Assembly (NCBI GenBank): GCA_965197375.1
Contig: CBDAMZ010000010.1
Location: forward strand, 844 to 64,843
DNA: 64,000 bases
Origin: Vicinamibacterales bacterium
GTDB taxonomy: Bacteria; Acidobacteriota; Vicinamibacteria; Vicinamibacterales; UBA8438
Direction: 5' to 3'
Shown in pieces: positions 10,080-19,070 of the stretch. The first letter of the stretch is position 1. Each line of letters opens with the position of its first letter. Made by a program: the position numbers and the translations under genes. The notes under the pieces were generated by a model. It was given only the letters and a program-made list of their open reading frames with translations, made no database searches and was not told the DNA's origin.

Positions 10080-11405
10080 ATGCATTACCGATCCGGTTTC
10101 CGTTGCATCGCTGGATGCTCAGGCGAGCACTCCTTGATGGAGCCAATCTATCGCTGTCCAACGTGTGGAGACCTGCTTGAGGTCTTCCACGACCTCGAGG
10201 CGCTGCGCGACCGCTCAGCCGTTTCCTGGATGCGGTTGTTCGACGAACGCTACAAGCGCACCACCTGGCCGTATGGTTCGTCGGTCTGGGGCAAAAAGGA
10301 GTGGGTGTGCCCAACGGTCGTCGACGAGAACATCGTGTCGATGGACGAGGGGGGCACTAACCTCTTCTGGGCCAACCGGTTCGGACAGGAGCTCGGTCTC
10401 GACGATCTCTGGGTTAAGCTCTGCGGCAACTCGCACACCGGATCGTTCAAAGACCTCGGGATGACCGTCCTCATCTCGGTGGTCCGGCAAATGATGCGCG
10501 AGGGGCGCGCCATTCGCGCAGTAGCCTGTGCCTCGACTGGCGACACCTCAGCCTCACTTGCTGCTTATGCAGCGGCCGGCAGTATCCCGGCCATCGTGAT
10601 TCTCCCGCGTGGCAGCGTGTCAACTGCCCAGCTGGTCCAGCCGCTTGCCAATGGCGCGCATGTGCTCTCGCTCGACACCGACTTCGACGGATGCATGGCG
10701 ATTGTCCAGCGGCTCTCTGCCGAAGAAGGTATTTATCTGGCGAACTCGATGAACAGCCTTCGCCTTGAAGGCCAAAAGACCGTGTCAATCGAAATCGCCC
10801 AGCAGTTCGACTGGGAAGTGCCAGACATCATCATCATTCCTGGCGGCAACCTTGGGAATGTCAGCGCTCTCGGATCCGGCTTTGAGATGATGGCTGCGTT
10901 GGGTCTCATCTCCCGCCAGCCACGCATCGTCGTGGCTCAGGCGGCCTCGGCTAACCCTCTCTACCTAGCGTACAAGAACGACTGGCACTTCGAGCCAATC
11001 AAGGCGGCCCAGACCCAGGCATCCGCGATCCAGATCGGTAATCCGGTGTCGATTGACAAGGCCATCCGCGCGCTGAAACAACACGACGGGATGGTCGAGC
11101 AGGCCACAGAATCTGAGCTCGCTGAAGCCGCGGCGCGAGCTGACCGGACCGGGATGTACAACTGCCCGCATACCGGCGTCGCGCTGGCGGTACTCATCAA
11201 GCTTCGCGAGCGAGGGGATATTCAATCAGCCGACCGCGTCGTCATTGTGTCGACCGCCAACGGCTTGAAATTCACGGACTTCAAGCTCGGCTACCATCGC
11301 GGGGCACTACCAGACATCACCGCACGCTTCGCCAACCACCCAGTGGAGCTTCCGAACGACTACGATGCGGTTCGGAAGGCTGTATCAGAGCTGACCGGGG
11401 ACTAA
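10080..11405 (+). CDS. thrC: threonine synthase (paralog 2)
   Basis: 441 aa. N-terminal CxxC...CPTCG ribbon, [14 protein letters not shown]-lysine motif, [27 protein letters not shown]. Confidence 0.9.
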   Translation: MHYRSGFRCIAGCSGEHSLMEPIYRCPTCGDLLEVFHDLEALRDRSAVSWMRLFDERYKRTTWPYGSSVWGKKEWVCPTVVDENIVSMDEGGTNLFWANRFGQELGLDDLWVKLCGNSHTGSFKDLGMTVLISVVRQMMREGRAIRAVACASTGDTSASLAAYAAAGSIPAIVILPRGSVSTAQLVQPLANGAHVLSLDTDFDGCMAIVQRLSAEEGIYLANSMNSLRLEGQKTVSIEIAQQFDWEVPDIIIIPGGNLGNVSALGSGFEMMAALGLISRQPRIVVAQAASANPLYLAYKNDWHFEPIKAAQTQASAIQIGNPVSIDKAIRALKQHDGMVEQATESELAEAAARADRTGMYNCPHTGVALAVLIKLRERGDIQSADRVVIVSTANGLKFTDFKLGYHRGALPDITARFANHPVELPNDYDAVRKAVSELTGD

Positions 11406-11662
11406 TTGCCACCCGCTCCGCGTACCGCATCAGAAAGCTACGCGATCTTGCTATAGGCACCGTGCAGCTTAAAGCTGGAGACCGGCTGCAGGTCGTCGTC
11501 TCTTGTCGCCTGAGCAACAATATGTTGGTGAAGCGCACGGGAAACGATCGGCACGGTCTCGTGGTTCGCGTCGTGGCCCCGACTAGCGAGGATCTGCCAA
11601 AAGAGCGTGGGCGGGAACTGGCGTCGTCATGCTATCCTTGATCGGTACTTTCTGAACGCTCT

Positions 11663-11890
11663 ATGCCAATCTACGAGTACGTTTGCAGCAACTGCCAACA
11701 CGCGTTCGAGATAATCGTTCGTGGGCAACAGACGTTCCACTGCCCCAAGTGCGACAGTAACTCGTTGACTCGCCAGCTCTCCATCTTCGCCGTAAGCACT
11801 CCGACGAAGGACTCGACCCCGGCTAAAGCGATCCAACCCTGTGGCACCTGTGGCGACCCCAGAGGACCAGGCGCTTGCTCGCTGAATTGA
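11663..11890 (+). CDS. FmdB-family zinc-ribbon protein
   Basis: MPIYEYVCSNCQHAFE...HCPKCDS..., plus a C-terminal CGTCG motif; this is the typical CxxC_CxxC_SSSS small protein. Confidence 0.8.
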   Translation: MPIYEYVCSNCQHAFEIIVRGQQTFHCPKCDSNSLTRQLSIFAVSTPTKDSTPAKAIQPCGTCGDPRGPGACSLN

Positions 11891-11902
11891 CCTACCCCAG
11901 AC

Positions 11903-12310
11903 TTGACACGCTTCGCAACTGCTCCTGACAATAGCCGTATGCCGATTCCCCGGATCACTAAGGAGACGCTCAAGGAAAAGCTCGACGGCGGTGCCGAGAC
12001 AGCACCGGTCGTCATCGATGTCCGGTTGAAGTACCCGTACGAGCACAGCACCATAACGCTGCCTAGTGCGGTTCGACTCGCTACTCGAGAGTTCGACGCC
12101 TCGACCCTGCCCAGCAACCGTGAGATCGTCGCGTATGACTCAGACCCCGAGGAGCGCGTCAGCGTCCCAATCGTGGCGTCCCTGATTCGACAGGGTTATC
12201 GTGCCAGTGTGCTCAAAGGAGGCATCGTCGAATGGCTGGCAGCCAAGTTCCCGACCGACGCTAAGGCAGCCCCCAAGCAGAAACCGCCTGCAGCTGGTTC
12301 CCTGAAGTGA
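11903..12310 (+). CDS. rhodanese-homology domain protein lacking the catalytic cysteine
   Basis: Rhodanese-like layout (VVIDVRLKYPYEHSTITLPSAVRL...EIVAYDSDPEERVS...LKGGIVEW). The active-site loop position reads D, not C. Confidence 0.7.
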   Translation: MTRFATAPDNSRMPIPRITKETLKEKLDGGAETAPVVIDVRLKYPYEHSTITLPSAVRLATREFDASTLPSNREIVAYDSDPEERVSVPIVASLIRQGYRASVLKGGIVEWLAAKFPTDAKAAPKQKPPAAGSLK

Positions 12311-12352
12311 AGGGCTAGTGCGGTTCAAGTTTGTTGCTCCGAAAGCCTACCT

Positions 12353-13132
12353 ATGAACCCTACTCCAAAACCCGCACGTACCGTCGTGCACGCCCCCGCG
12401 TCCTTCGCAATGAAGGTTGGATCAACGCCGGGCCGTCTCCGACGGCTCGCCGGGACGGGCGCTGTGGTCAGCGTTGGTGTGTTCGTGTGTGCCAACCTCG
12501 CCTTGCCAGCCACGGACCGTGAGAACTCTCCTCCCCCGATCGGTATCTTGATTGCGTCACTGCAGGCTACGTACGACATGGTGCATGATTTCGCGGCCGA
12601 CTTCGAGCAACGCTATTCCGGTGGCGTTCTTCGCACCTCTGTCGTCGAGCGCGGAACCGTGCATGTCAAGAAGCCAGGCAAGATACGTTGGAGCTATGCC
12701 GAACCGGAGGAAAAGCTGTTCATTTCAGACGGCGAAACCTTGTATTCTTACATTCCAGAGGATCGGCAGGTAATCGTTAGCAAGGTGCCAAGTGATAACC
12801 GCGTGTCGACTCCTGCGCTCTTCCTCGCCGGGGAGGCCGACCTGGCCCGTGATTTCACCGCCGCTTACACTAACGTCGTAGATGCGCCTTCGGACAGCTG
12901 GGTCGTCCGGCTCGCACCCAAGCGCGATAACGCCGGTTACGACTGGCTCACGCTTGTGGTCGACCCCGTAAACCTCAAAATCCGCCAGCTGATCGCCGTT
13001 GATTTTCAGGGCGGCATCTCAACGTTCATTTTCTCCAACCTCAAGGAAAACCAGGCTCTACCCGATAAGCTTTTTATATTCGAAGTCCCCAAAGATGCCG
13101 ATGTGCTTACCGACGGTCGCTTTACGCGCTGA
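12353..13132 (+). CDS. LolA-like outer-membrane lipoprotein carrier family protein
   Basis: Signal-like N-terminus, then GTVHVKKPGKIRWSYAEPEEKLFISDGETLYSYIPEDRQV, typical of LolA/LolB-fold proteins. Confidence 0.75.
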   Translation: MNPTPKPARTVVHAPASFAMKVGSTPGRLRRLAGTGAVVSVGVFVCANLALPATDRENSPPPIGILIASLQATYDMVHDFAADFEQRYSGGVLRTSVVERGTVHVKKPGKIRWSYAEPEEKLFISDGETLYSYIPEDRQVIVSKVPSDNRVSTPALFLAGEADLARDFTAAYTNVVDAPSDSWVVRLAPKRDNAGYDWLTLVVDPVNLKIRQLIAVDFQGGISTFIFSNLKENQALPDKLFIFEVPKDADVLTDGRFTR

Positions 13133-14954
13133 GTGGCGACGCCACCGATCTCTGTCTATCCGCGTCCGGTCGGCTGTGCACCTTGTTGTCTGGATCGGCC
13201 TCGCCGCCTCCATGGTCAGCTGCGCCACCAGCGCGGCGTTCCGAGCCGGCCAGCAAGCCGAGCGACAACGAAACTACGATCGTGCCGTCGCCGAGTACAC
13301 ACAAGTACTGCAAGAACGTCCCAACGACCGGAATGCTCAGCTTGCTCTCGACCGTGCGAAAATGCGGGCGGCGCAGGTCCACTACGCTCAGGGGCGCCGC
13401 TTTGCAAGTCTCGAGCGCTATGAAGAAGCACTAGCAGAGTATCAATTAGCCTACGAGCTGAATCCATCAGTCGGCGATATCGAGCGAGAGTTCCGCGAGA
13501 CCCGTCGGAAGGTTCAGACGAAACTCGCCGCTCGCGAAGAAGGCCAGACCGAGCTCGAGGCGTTGATCGATCGGACGCGCGAGGCGGCTCCACCCGGTCT
13601 CGATCTCCCCAGCGACATCGAACTTCCAGATTCGGTCGTTTTCCGCGACGCCAGTGCCCGAGCGGTGTTCTCCGCGCTCGGGCAATTTGGCAGCATTAAT
13701 GTTGTGTTCGACCCCGCGTTCAGAGACTCGACCATTTCGGTCGATCTGCGAAACACCACCTTCGGCGTGGCCCTGGCATCCGTCGCCGCGAGCACCGGCA
13801 ACTTTTTCCGCATCACGGTTGAGCGAACGGTCACGATTATTCCTGACACGCCGGCAAAACGACGGGAGTACGAAGAGGAAATCGTCCGGACATTCTACCT
13901 AAGCAATGCCGACGTTGCAGAAACTATCGATCTCCTTCGGCTCGTTGTTGATCTGCGCCGGCTGGCGCCGGTTACTGCCACCAACGCCATCTCGGTCAAA
14001 GACACGCCAGAGCGCATGGAAGCTGCCGCCAAGCTCATCAAGGCCATCGACAAGGCACGAGCTGAGGTTGTTATCGAAGTTAACCTGCTCGAGGTTGATC
14101 GCCAGACCCTTCGCGATTATGGCCTGCAGTTTGCGTCAGCGGGCAGCACCGGCATCAACACCGTCCTCGACCCGAACGTTGGCGGAACGACAGATGATGG
14201 AGGCCTGTTTATCGACGACGTGCGCCGGCTCTCTGGAGCAGACATCTTCGTAGCCAGGTTGCCGAGTCTGTTCGTCCGACTACTCGAAAGCAAGTCCAAC
14301 ACGCGGATCCTGGCTAACCCGCACCTACGAACGTCAGACGGCGTCACGGCTGAAGCCCGTTTCGGGGAACGTGTGCCGGTCCCGGTCACCACATTCACGC
14401 CGATCGCGGCCGGCGGGATCAGCCAGCAGCCGATCACGTCGTTTAACTACGAAAACATCGGGGTTAATATCACCATCACCCCGCGCATTCACCACAATGA
14501 CGAAGTCTCGTTAACGCTTGTGGTAGAAATAAGCAACATCTCAGGTACCGGGTTCGGCAACCTGCCACAGTTCGGTAATCGGTCGATCACGACAACGATC
14601 CGGCTACACGACGGCGAGACGAATATCCTTGCGGGGCTAATCCGAGATGACGAGCGCGAGGTGCTGGAAGGGATCCCTTGGCTGAACAGCATGCCAGCAT
14701 TGGGACGTCTCTTCGGGCGCAGTAAGACCGAGACCCAGGAAACCGACATCGTGCTCACATTGACGCCGCACATCGTACGCGTCCTTGACCTCGAGGAGGA
14801 GGATCTCCTCCCCTTCCGCGTGAGGCGCGACACCGCATCAGCGCTGGTCGCGCAGCCGCAACTACAACCCCGGCCGTTAGCCACCCCGGTTGCGCCAGGG
14901 ACCACGCCAGATACGCAGCGGCCGGTTGGCCTACCGCGCGACCCGCAGAACTGA
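13095..14954 (+). CDS. secretin (type II/III secretion system family) with lipobox and N-terminal TPR region
   Basis: The C-terminal secretin core is LANPHLRTSDGVTAEARFGERVPV...NYENIGVNITITPRI...TTIRLHDGETNILAGLIRDDE...GIPWLNSMPALGRLFG...DIVLTLTPHIV. The N-terminus ...VVWIGLAASMVSC is lipobox-like and is followed by TPR-like repeats. Start is approximate. Confidence 0.85.
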   Translation: MPMCLPTVALRAEWRRHRSLSIRVRSAVHLVVWIGLAASMVSCATSAAFRAGQQAERQRNYDRAVAEYTQVLQERPNDRNAQLALDRAKMRAAQVHYAQGRRFASLERYEEALAEYQLAYELNPSVGDIEREFRETRRKVQTKLAAREEGQTELEALIDRTREAAPPGLDLPSDIELPDSVVFRDASARAVFSALGQFGSINVVFDPAFRDSTISVDLRNTTFGVALASVAASTGNFFRITVERTVTIIPDTPAKRREYEEEIVRTFYLSNADVAETIDLLRLVVDLRRLAPVTATNAISVKDTPERMEAAAKLIKAIDKARAEVVIEVNLLEVDRQTLRDYGLQFASAGSTGINTVLDPNVGGTTDDGGLFIDDVRRLSGADIFVARLPSLFVRLLESKSNTRILANPHLRTSDGVTAEARFGERVPVPVTTFTPIAAGGISQQPITSFNYENIGVNITITPRIHHNDEVSLTLVVEISNISGTGFGNLPQFGNRSITTTIRLHDGETNILAGLIRDDEREVLEGIPWLNSMPALGRLFGRSKTETQETDIVLTLTPHIVRVLDLEEEDLLPFRVRRDTASALVAQPQLQPRPLATPVAPGTTPDTQRPVGLPRDPQN

Positions 14955-15072
14955 CATCCCATCCGGCCATCTACTGCATTGTGTCGCGAGACTGAGCGCT
15001 AGTCAGTTAAGGCAGACATATTTGCGCGGCGCTGGAAACGCGCGGGGACGTCGATGAAAGCGGTGGCTGATG

Positions 15073-15099
15073 TGAATCGTACCGGGTTTCTCGGAGACC
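15073..15099. repeat. IS3-family left inverted repeat (IRL)
   Basis: TGAATCGTACCGGGTTTCTCGGAGACC, the exact reverse complement of 16336-16362. Confidence 0.92.
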
Positions 15100-15123
15100 T
15101 CATTGCTTGGGAGGATGGGGGCT

Positions 15124-16323
15124 ATGGGACGTCCCAGTCGGTTTTCTCCGGAAGTGCGCGAACGTGCCGTCCGGATGGTCGAGGAGTACCGGGAGGCCCA
15201 CGCCTCAGAGTGGGCGGTGCTGCAGTCGGTGGCGCCGAAGCTCGGCTGCACGGCGGAGACGCTGCGGAAGTGGGTGCGGCAGGCGCAGCGTGATGCTGGG
15301 CATCGGCCGGGCCTGACGACGAGCGAGCGGGAGCGGTGGAAGGAGCTGAAGCGGGCGAATGAGATCCTGCGGAAAGCGTTCGCGTATTTCGCCCAGGCGG
15401 AGCGCGACCGCCGGAGGACGTCGCCACGATGGTCCAGTTCATCGCCGACCATCGCGCCGTGGTCGGGGTCGAGCCGATCTGCGCCGTGCTGCCGATCGCC
15501 CCGTCGACGGACTCATCGCCATCGGCACCAGCGGACACATCCGACGCGCCGGTCCGCACGGGCGCAGCGCGACGGTCAGCTCCGCGTCGAGATTCAGCGG
15601 GTCTATGACGCGCACCAGCAGGTCTACGGCCCCCGGAAAGTCTGGCAGCAGCTGCGACGGGACGGCGTCCGCGTGGCGCGCTGCACCGTGGCGCGCCTGA
15701 TGCGCGCGATGGGCCTTGCCGGGGCCGTCCGGGGCCGGGCTTGGGTCACCACGACCCACGCCAGTGAGGGCGGTCGCCCGGTGGACCTCGTTGACCGCCG
15801 ATTCGTGGCCACCCGTCCGAATCAGCTCTGGGTCTCCGATTTCACGTACGTCGCACCCTGGGGCGGCTTTGGCTACGTCGCGTTCGTCATCGACGTGTTT
15901 GCGCGACGCATTGTGGGCTGGCGGGTGTCGGCCTCCATGCGCACGGACTTTGTGCTGGATGCGGTGGAGCAGGCGATCTACGCCCGCCGGGGCGACGCCC
16001 TCACCGGCCTCGTACATCACAGTGATGCCGGGTCGCAATATCTCTCGATGCGGTACACGGATCGCCTCGTGGACGCCGGCATCGCGCCGTCGGTCGGCAG
16101 CCAAGGCGATGCCTATGACAATGCCCTCGCCGAATCGGTGATCGGCTTGTACAAGACGGAGGTGATTCGACGGAAGGGCCCGTGGCGCACCCTCGAGGCC
16201 GTGGAGTTCGCCACCTTGACGTGGGTGGACTGGTTCAACACACGACGACTGTTGGGGCCGCTCGGGGACATTCCACCAGCAGAGTTCGAGGCGCAGTACT
16301 ATGAGCAGGCTGAGGTGGCCTGA
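15124..16323 (+). CDS. IS3-family transposase (orfA HTH part and orfB DDE part read as one continuous ORF)
   Basis: The orfA-like part is MGRPSRFSPEVRERAVRMV...KELKRANEILRKAFAYFAQAE. The DDE core is LWVSDFTYV...HHSDAGSQY...YDNALAES. The linker at 15400-15510 is R/S/P-rich, while the neighbouring frame encodes the typical orfB N-terminus MVQFIADHRAVVGVEPICAVLPIAPST. Confidence 0.9.
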   Translation: MGRPSRFSPEVRERAVRMVEEYREAHASEWAVLQSVAPKLGCTAETLRKWVRQAQRDAGHRPGLTTSERERWKELKRANEILRKAFAYFAQAERDRRRTSPRWSSSSPTIAPWSGSSRSAPCCRSPRRRTHRHRHQRTHPTRRSARAQRDGQLRVEIQRVYDAHQQVYGPRKVWQQLRRDGVRVARCTVARLMRAMGLAGAVRGRAWVTTTHASEGGRPVDLVDRRFVATRPNQLWVSDFTYVAPWGGFGYVAFVIDVFARRIVGWRVSASMRTDFVLDAVEQAIYARRGDALTGLVHHSDAGSQYLSMRYTDRLVDAGIAPSVGSQGDAYDNALAESVIGLYKTEVIRRKGPWRTLEAVEFATLTWVDWFNTRRLLGPLGDIPPAEFEAQYYEQAEVA

Positions 16324-16335
16324 TTCAACGCATTC

Positions 16336-16362
16336 GGTCTCCGAGAAACCCGGTACGATTCA
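16336..16362. repeat. IS3-family right inverted repeat (IRR)
   Basis: GGTCTCCGAGAAACCCGGTACGATTCA, the exact reverse complement of 15073-15099. Confidence 0.92.
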
Positions 16363-16557
16363 GATGTGGCGGACTTTGGCGCCACGGATTAACCCATCGA
16401 ATGCGTCTCGATATCACACGGAGGACTCACTTGTTGCGACCGAGTGTTGGTCCACTAAACGGCAGACGAAGCCGCAGAGGGGGCTTCGGCAGGCCGACCC
16501 CTCGCACTAACGCCCCACCTGCGATGCGTCCGGTGATGGCTGGCTGGAGTCCTGCTT

Positions 16558-17868
16558 TTACCGCCCTTCTTCAACAGCGACGACCGCGCCAAGCGATTGC
16601 AATCGCTCGACAAGGCTGGCGTACCCCCGCTCGACCGTCTCCAGCGGCCCGACTCGGCTCTCTCCGGTGGCCGCGAGCGCCGCGGCAATCAGAGCCATGC
16701 CGGATCGCAGGTCACGCGTATCCAAATTGCGACCGCTGAGCTTCCGCGGGCCGTCGATAATCATCCGATGCGGATCGCACAAAAAGAGGTTTGCACCCAT
16801 CCCGCTCAATTGCTCAAGGGCAAACAGGCGGAGCTCGTACATCCAATCATGGATAAGTGTGCGCCCGCGCGCCTGTGTAGCGAGCACGCTAACCAGGCTC
16901 ACCATATCGCTTGGAAACCCCGGCCAAGGTGCCGTCGTAATCTGCCGGACGGCTGCTGGTGTCGATGCCACCACACGCAGGCGACCGTCCTCTAGTTCAC
17001 AGTCGACGTTCATCCGAGTAAGCACCGAGGTGATCGGCTCCAGGTCGCACGCCCTCGCGCCCCGCACATCGATGTTGCCTCCGGTGACCGCCGCAACAAC
17101 CGCCCAACTTCCCGCCTCAATGTAGTCTCCGTGCAGCCAATGTTCGACACCGGTACGCGCCGTACCACCGGCGATCCGAATCGTCGGTGTTCCGGCACCC
17201 TCGATGTCAATTCCCATGCCGCCCAGGAACACGCACAGTTCGACAACGTGCGGCTCGCACGCGGCGTGTCGAATTTCCGTGACGCCTCTGGCCGCGGCTG
17301 CCGCCAAAATCGCCGTCTCCGTCCCCGTGACCGAGGCTTCTTCCAGATAGATCGAGGCCGGCTTGAGCCCATCTGGAGCATCGAGCGCACACGGCGTACC
17401 ACTGTCCTCATGCGCCCCGCCGTCAACCTCCCGAACACCCATAGCGCGGAGTGCCTGTAGGTGCGCCGATAGGGTCCGCCGGGCGGGGAAATCACCCCCC
17501 GGCGGTGATAGGCGCACCCGGCCAAGGCGCGCGAGAAGCGGCCCAACTAGCAGAACCGAGCCTCGAAGCCGTCCAACCAACCGCGGCTCAGGCTCATCGC
17601 TCAGAACACGCCGGCACCGAACACGCACGGTCGTGCTCCCCAAGCCCTCCACCTCAGCGCCGAGGCCCTGTAAGAGCTCTCCCATGACACGCACGTCATC
17701 GATCCGAGGAACATTAGTCAACACGCACGGCTGCTCCGTCAGCATGCAGGCTGCCAGTATCGGCAATGCAGCGTTCTTGTTGCCCTCCACGGCCACCCGT
17801 CCACTCAGAGGGTGTCCACCCTGCACGACGAGAGTGACAATCGGCCCCCGAACCTCGCTGCGTGCCAT
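16558..17868 (-). CDS. murA: UDP-N-acetylglucosamine 1-carboxyvinyltransferase
   Basis: 436 aa with ...GRVAVEGNKNAALPILAACMLTE.PCVLTNVPRIDDV..., typical MurA length and fold pattern. Confidence 0.93.
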   Translation of the reverse strand: MARSEVRGPIVTLVVQGGHPLSGRVAVEGNKNAALPILAACMLTEQPCVLTNVPRIDDVRVMGELLQGLGAEVEGLGSTTVRVRCRRVLSDEPEPRLVGRLRGSVLLVGPLLARLGRVRLSPPGGDFPARRTLSAHLQALRAMGVREVDGGAHEDSGTPCALDAPDGLKPASIYLEEASVTGTETAILAAAAARGVTEIRHAACEPHVVELCVFLGGMGIDIEGAGTPTIRIAGGTARTGVEHWLHGDYIEAGSWAVVAAVTGGNIDVRGARACDLEPITSVLTRMNVDCELEDGRLRVVASTPAAVRQITTAPWPGFPSDMVSLVSVLATQARGRTLIHDWMYELRLFALEQLSGMGANLFLCDPHRMIIDGPRKLSGRNLDTRDLRSGMALIAAALAATGESRVGPLETVERGYASLVERLQSLGAVVAVEEGR

Positions 17869-18071
17869 ATTGACTGACTAAGCGTTAACTCTTACATGCC
17901 GTGGGATTCGGCCACTAATGTACCTCGCCAAGGACCGCGCTGGACAGTGAGTCAAATGCTCCCAGTGGTCTCCTTCCTCGCATCTCGCAACGATCAGACG
18001 TGGCTTCCCTCAGTAGACCTCGGTGCGTCACCGTATTCACGCAAGGTAGCACTAAGTACAGCCTATCCTCA

Positions 18072-19064
18072 TCACTCACTGGGCGGCCACGAAAAGTCGC
18101 CAAGGCATACCACTTCCTGTCGCAACGTGACCCCAAGTTTCTGTTCGACTTCACGGCGACAGTGTTCAATAAGATCTCGGATATCCCCGACCGTCGCATG
18201 GCCATCACTGACAATGAAATTGCCGTGCACGTCAGACACCCGCGCTCGCCCAACGGTAAAGCCTTTGAGCCCGGCCCGGTCAATCAGGGCTCCGGCCGAC
18301 GGGGGCACACCCACAGGAAGGACAACCCGATCCGGGTCGGGGTTTCGAAAAATGCAGCCTGCGCTTGGCTCGTCGAGCGGCTGTGTCTGCTTCCGATAGG
18401 CGAGCGACGCGCGCGCGCGCGCGCGCAGCCCAGCCGAGTCGGCTGGTGTTACCTCGAACTCTGCCCACAGGGCGACCTCACCCGTGCGCTGTAAACGGCT
18501 ACAGTCGTAGCCGAACTCCATTTCGTCCACCCGCACTGTTCGTGCTGTGCCGTCCCGATCCGCCAACCTGACCTCACTCACCTTCTCTCCAATCAGACGA
18601 CCTCGAAAGTGCGCGTCGCTGAAGAGTGCTCCGCCGACGGTCCCGGGTGTGCCGGCCCACGTCTCCAGACCCGCGAGACCACGATTGATCGTCCAACGCA
18701 CCAGGCCATTGAGCGTCACTCCAGCCGCCGCACGTACGACGCCCGGTCGCACAAGTTCGATCCCGCCATGTCGCGTCCGAACGACAAGGCCGCGGATGCC
18801 GCCATCACCGATCAGCACGTTAGACCCGCCGCCCAACAGTGTGACCGAAAGTTCGGCAGCATGAGCAGCGACGAGTGCCTGCACTAGTTCGTGGGCGCCA
18901 CGTGCCTCAACCAGCCAGTCAGCTTCACCGCCGGTTCGAAACGTGGTGAGCGGGCCGAGCGCCACACGGCACCCCACGCGCTCGGCCCCGAAAACCTCTA
19001 CCAGTGCGGTAGGAATTTGCTGCTTATTACCGAAACCGCGCGCTATACGTGAATTGACTGCCAT
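18072..19064 (-). CDS. murB: UDP-N-acetylenolpyruvoylglucosamine reductase
   Basis: FAD-binding N domain LGPLTTFRTGGEADWLVE...LLGGGSNVLIGDGGIRGLVV, and C-terminal domain ...SAGCIFRNP... Confidence 0.93.
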   Translation of the reverse strand: MAVNSRIARGFGNKQQIPTALVEVFGAERVGCRVALGPLTTFRTGGEADWLVEARGAHELVQALVAAHAAELSVTLLGGGSNVLIGDGGIRGLVVRTRHGGIELVRPGVVRAAAGVTLNGLVRWTINRGLAGLETWAGTPGTVGGALFSDAHFRGRLIGEKVSEVRLADRDGTARTVRVDEMEFGYDCSRLQRTGEVALWAEFEVTPADSAGLRARARASLAYRKQTQPLDEPSAGCIFRNPDPDRVVLPVGVPPSAGALIDRAGLKGFTVGRARVSDVHGNFIVSDGHATVGDIRDLIEHCRREVEQKLGVTLRQEVVCLGDFSWPPSE

Positions 19065-19070
19065 GCTTGG

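Larger units (their letters stand above)
15073..16362 (+). mobile_element. IS3-family insertion sequence, 1290 bp, flanked by a 4-bp direct repeat GATG
   Basis: Perfect 27-bp terminal inverted repeats starting TGAATCG. DDE transposase inside. GATG at 15069-15072 and 16363-16366. Confidence 0.92.

Noticed and set aside
11462-11641. 59-codon ORF (GTG start; VQLKAGDRLQVVVS...LVVRVVAPTSEDL...) in the thrC-fmdB spacer
   Set aside because: It has no Shine-Dalgarno sequence and no ATG start giving more than 40 aa. I recognise no family, and it does not end in the GG expected of a ThiS/MoaD-like carrier.
15439-16104. 221-aa ORF antisense inside the IS3 element, and the 149-aa ORF 15003..15452 crossing the IRL
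   Set aside because: The sense strand encodes a complete DDE transposase. The antisense products are Arg/Ala-rich with no family resemblance. An ORF crossing the IS end has no biological support.
17915-18283. 122-aa ORF in and around the murA-murB spacer
   Set aside because: It overlaps the 3' end of murB in another frame. It has no motifs and its start is not supported. The 203-nt spacer is more likely regulatory.
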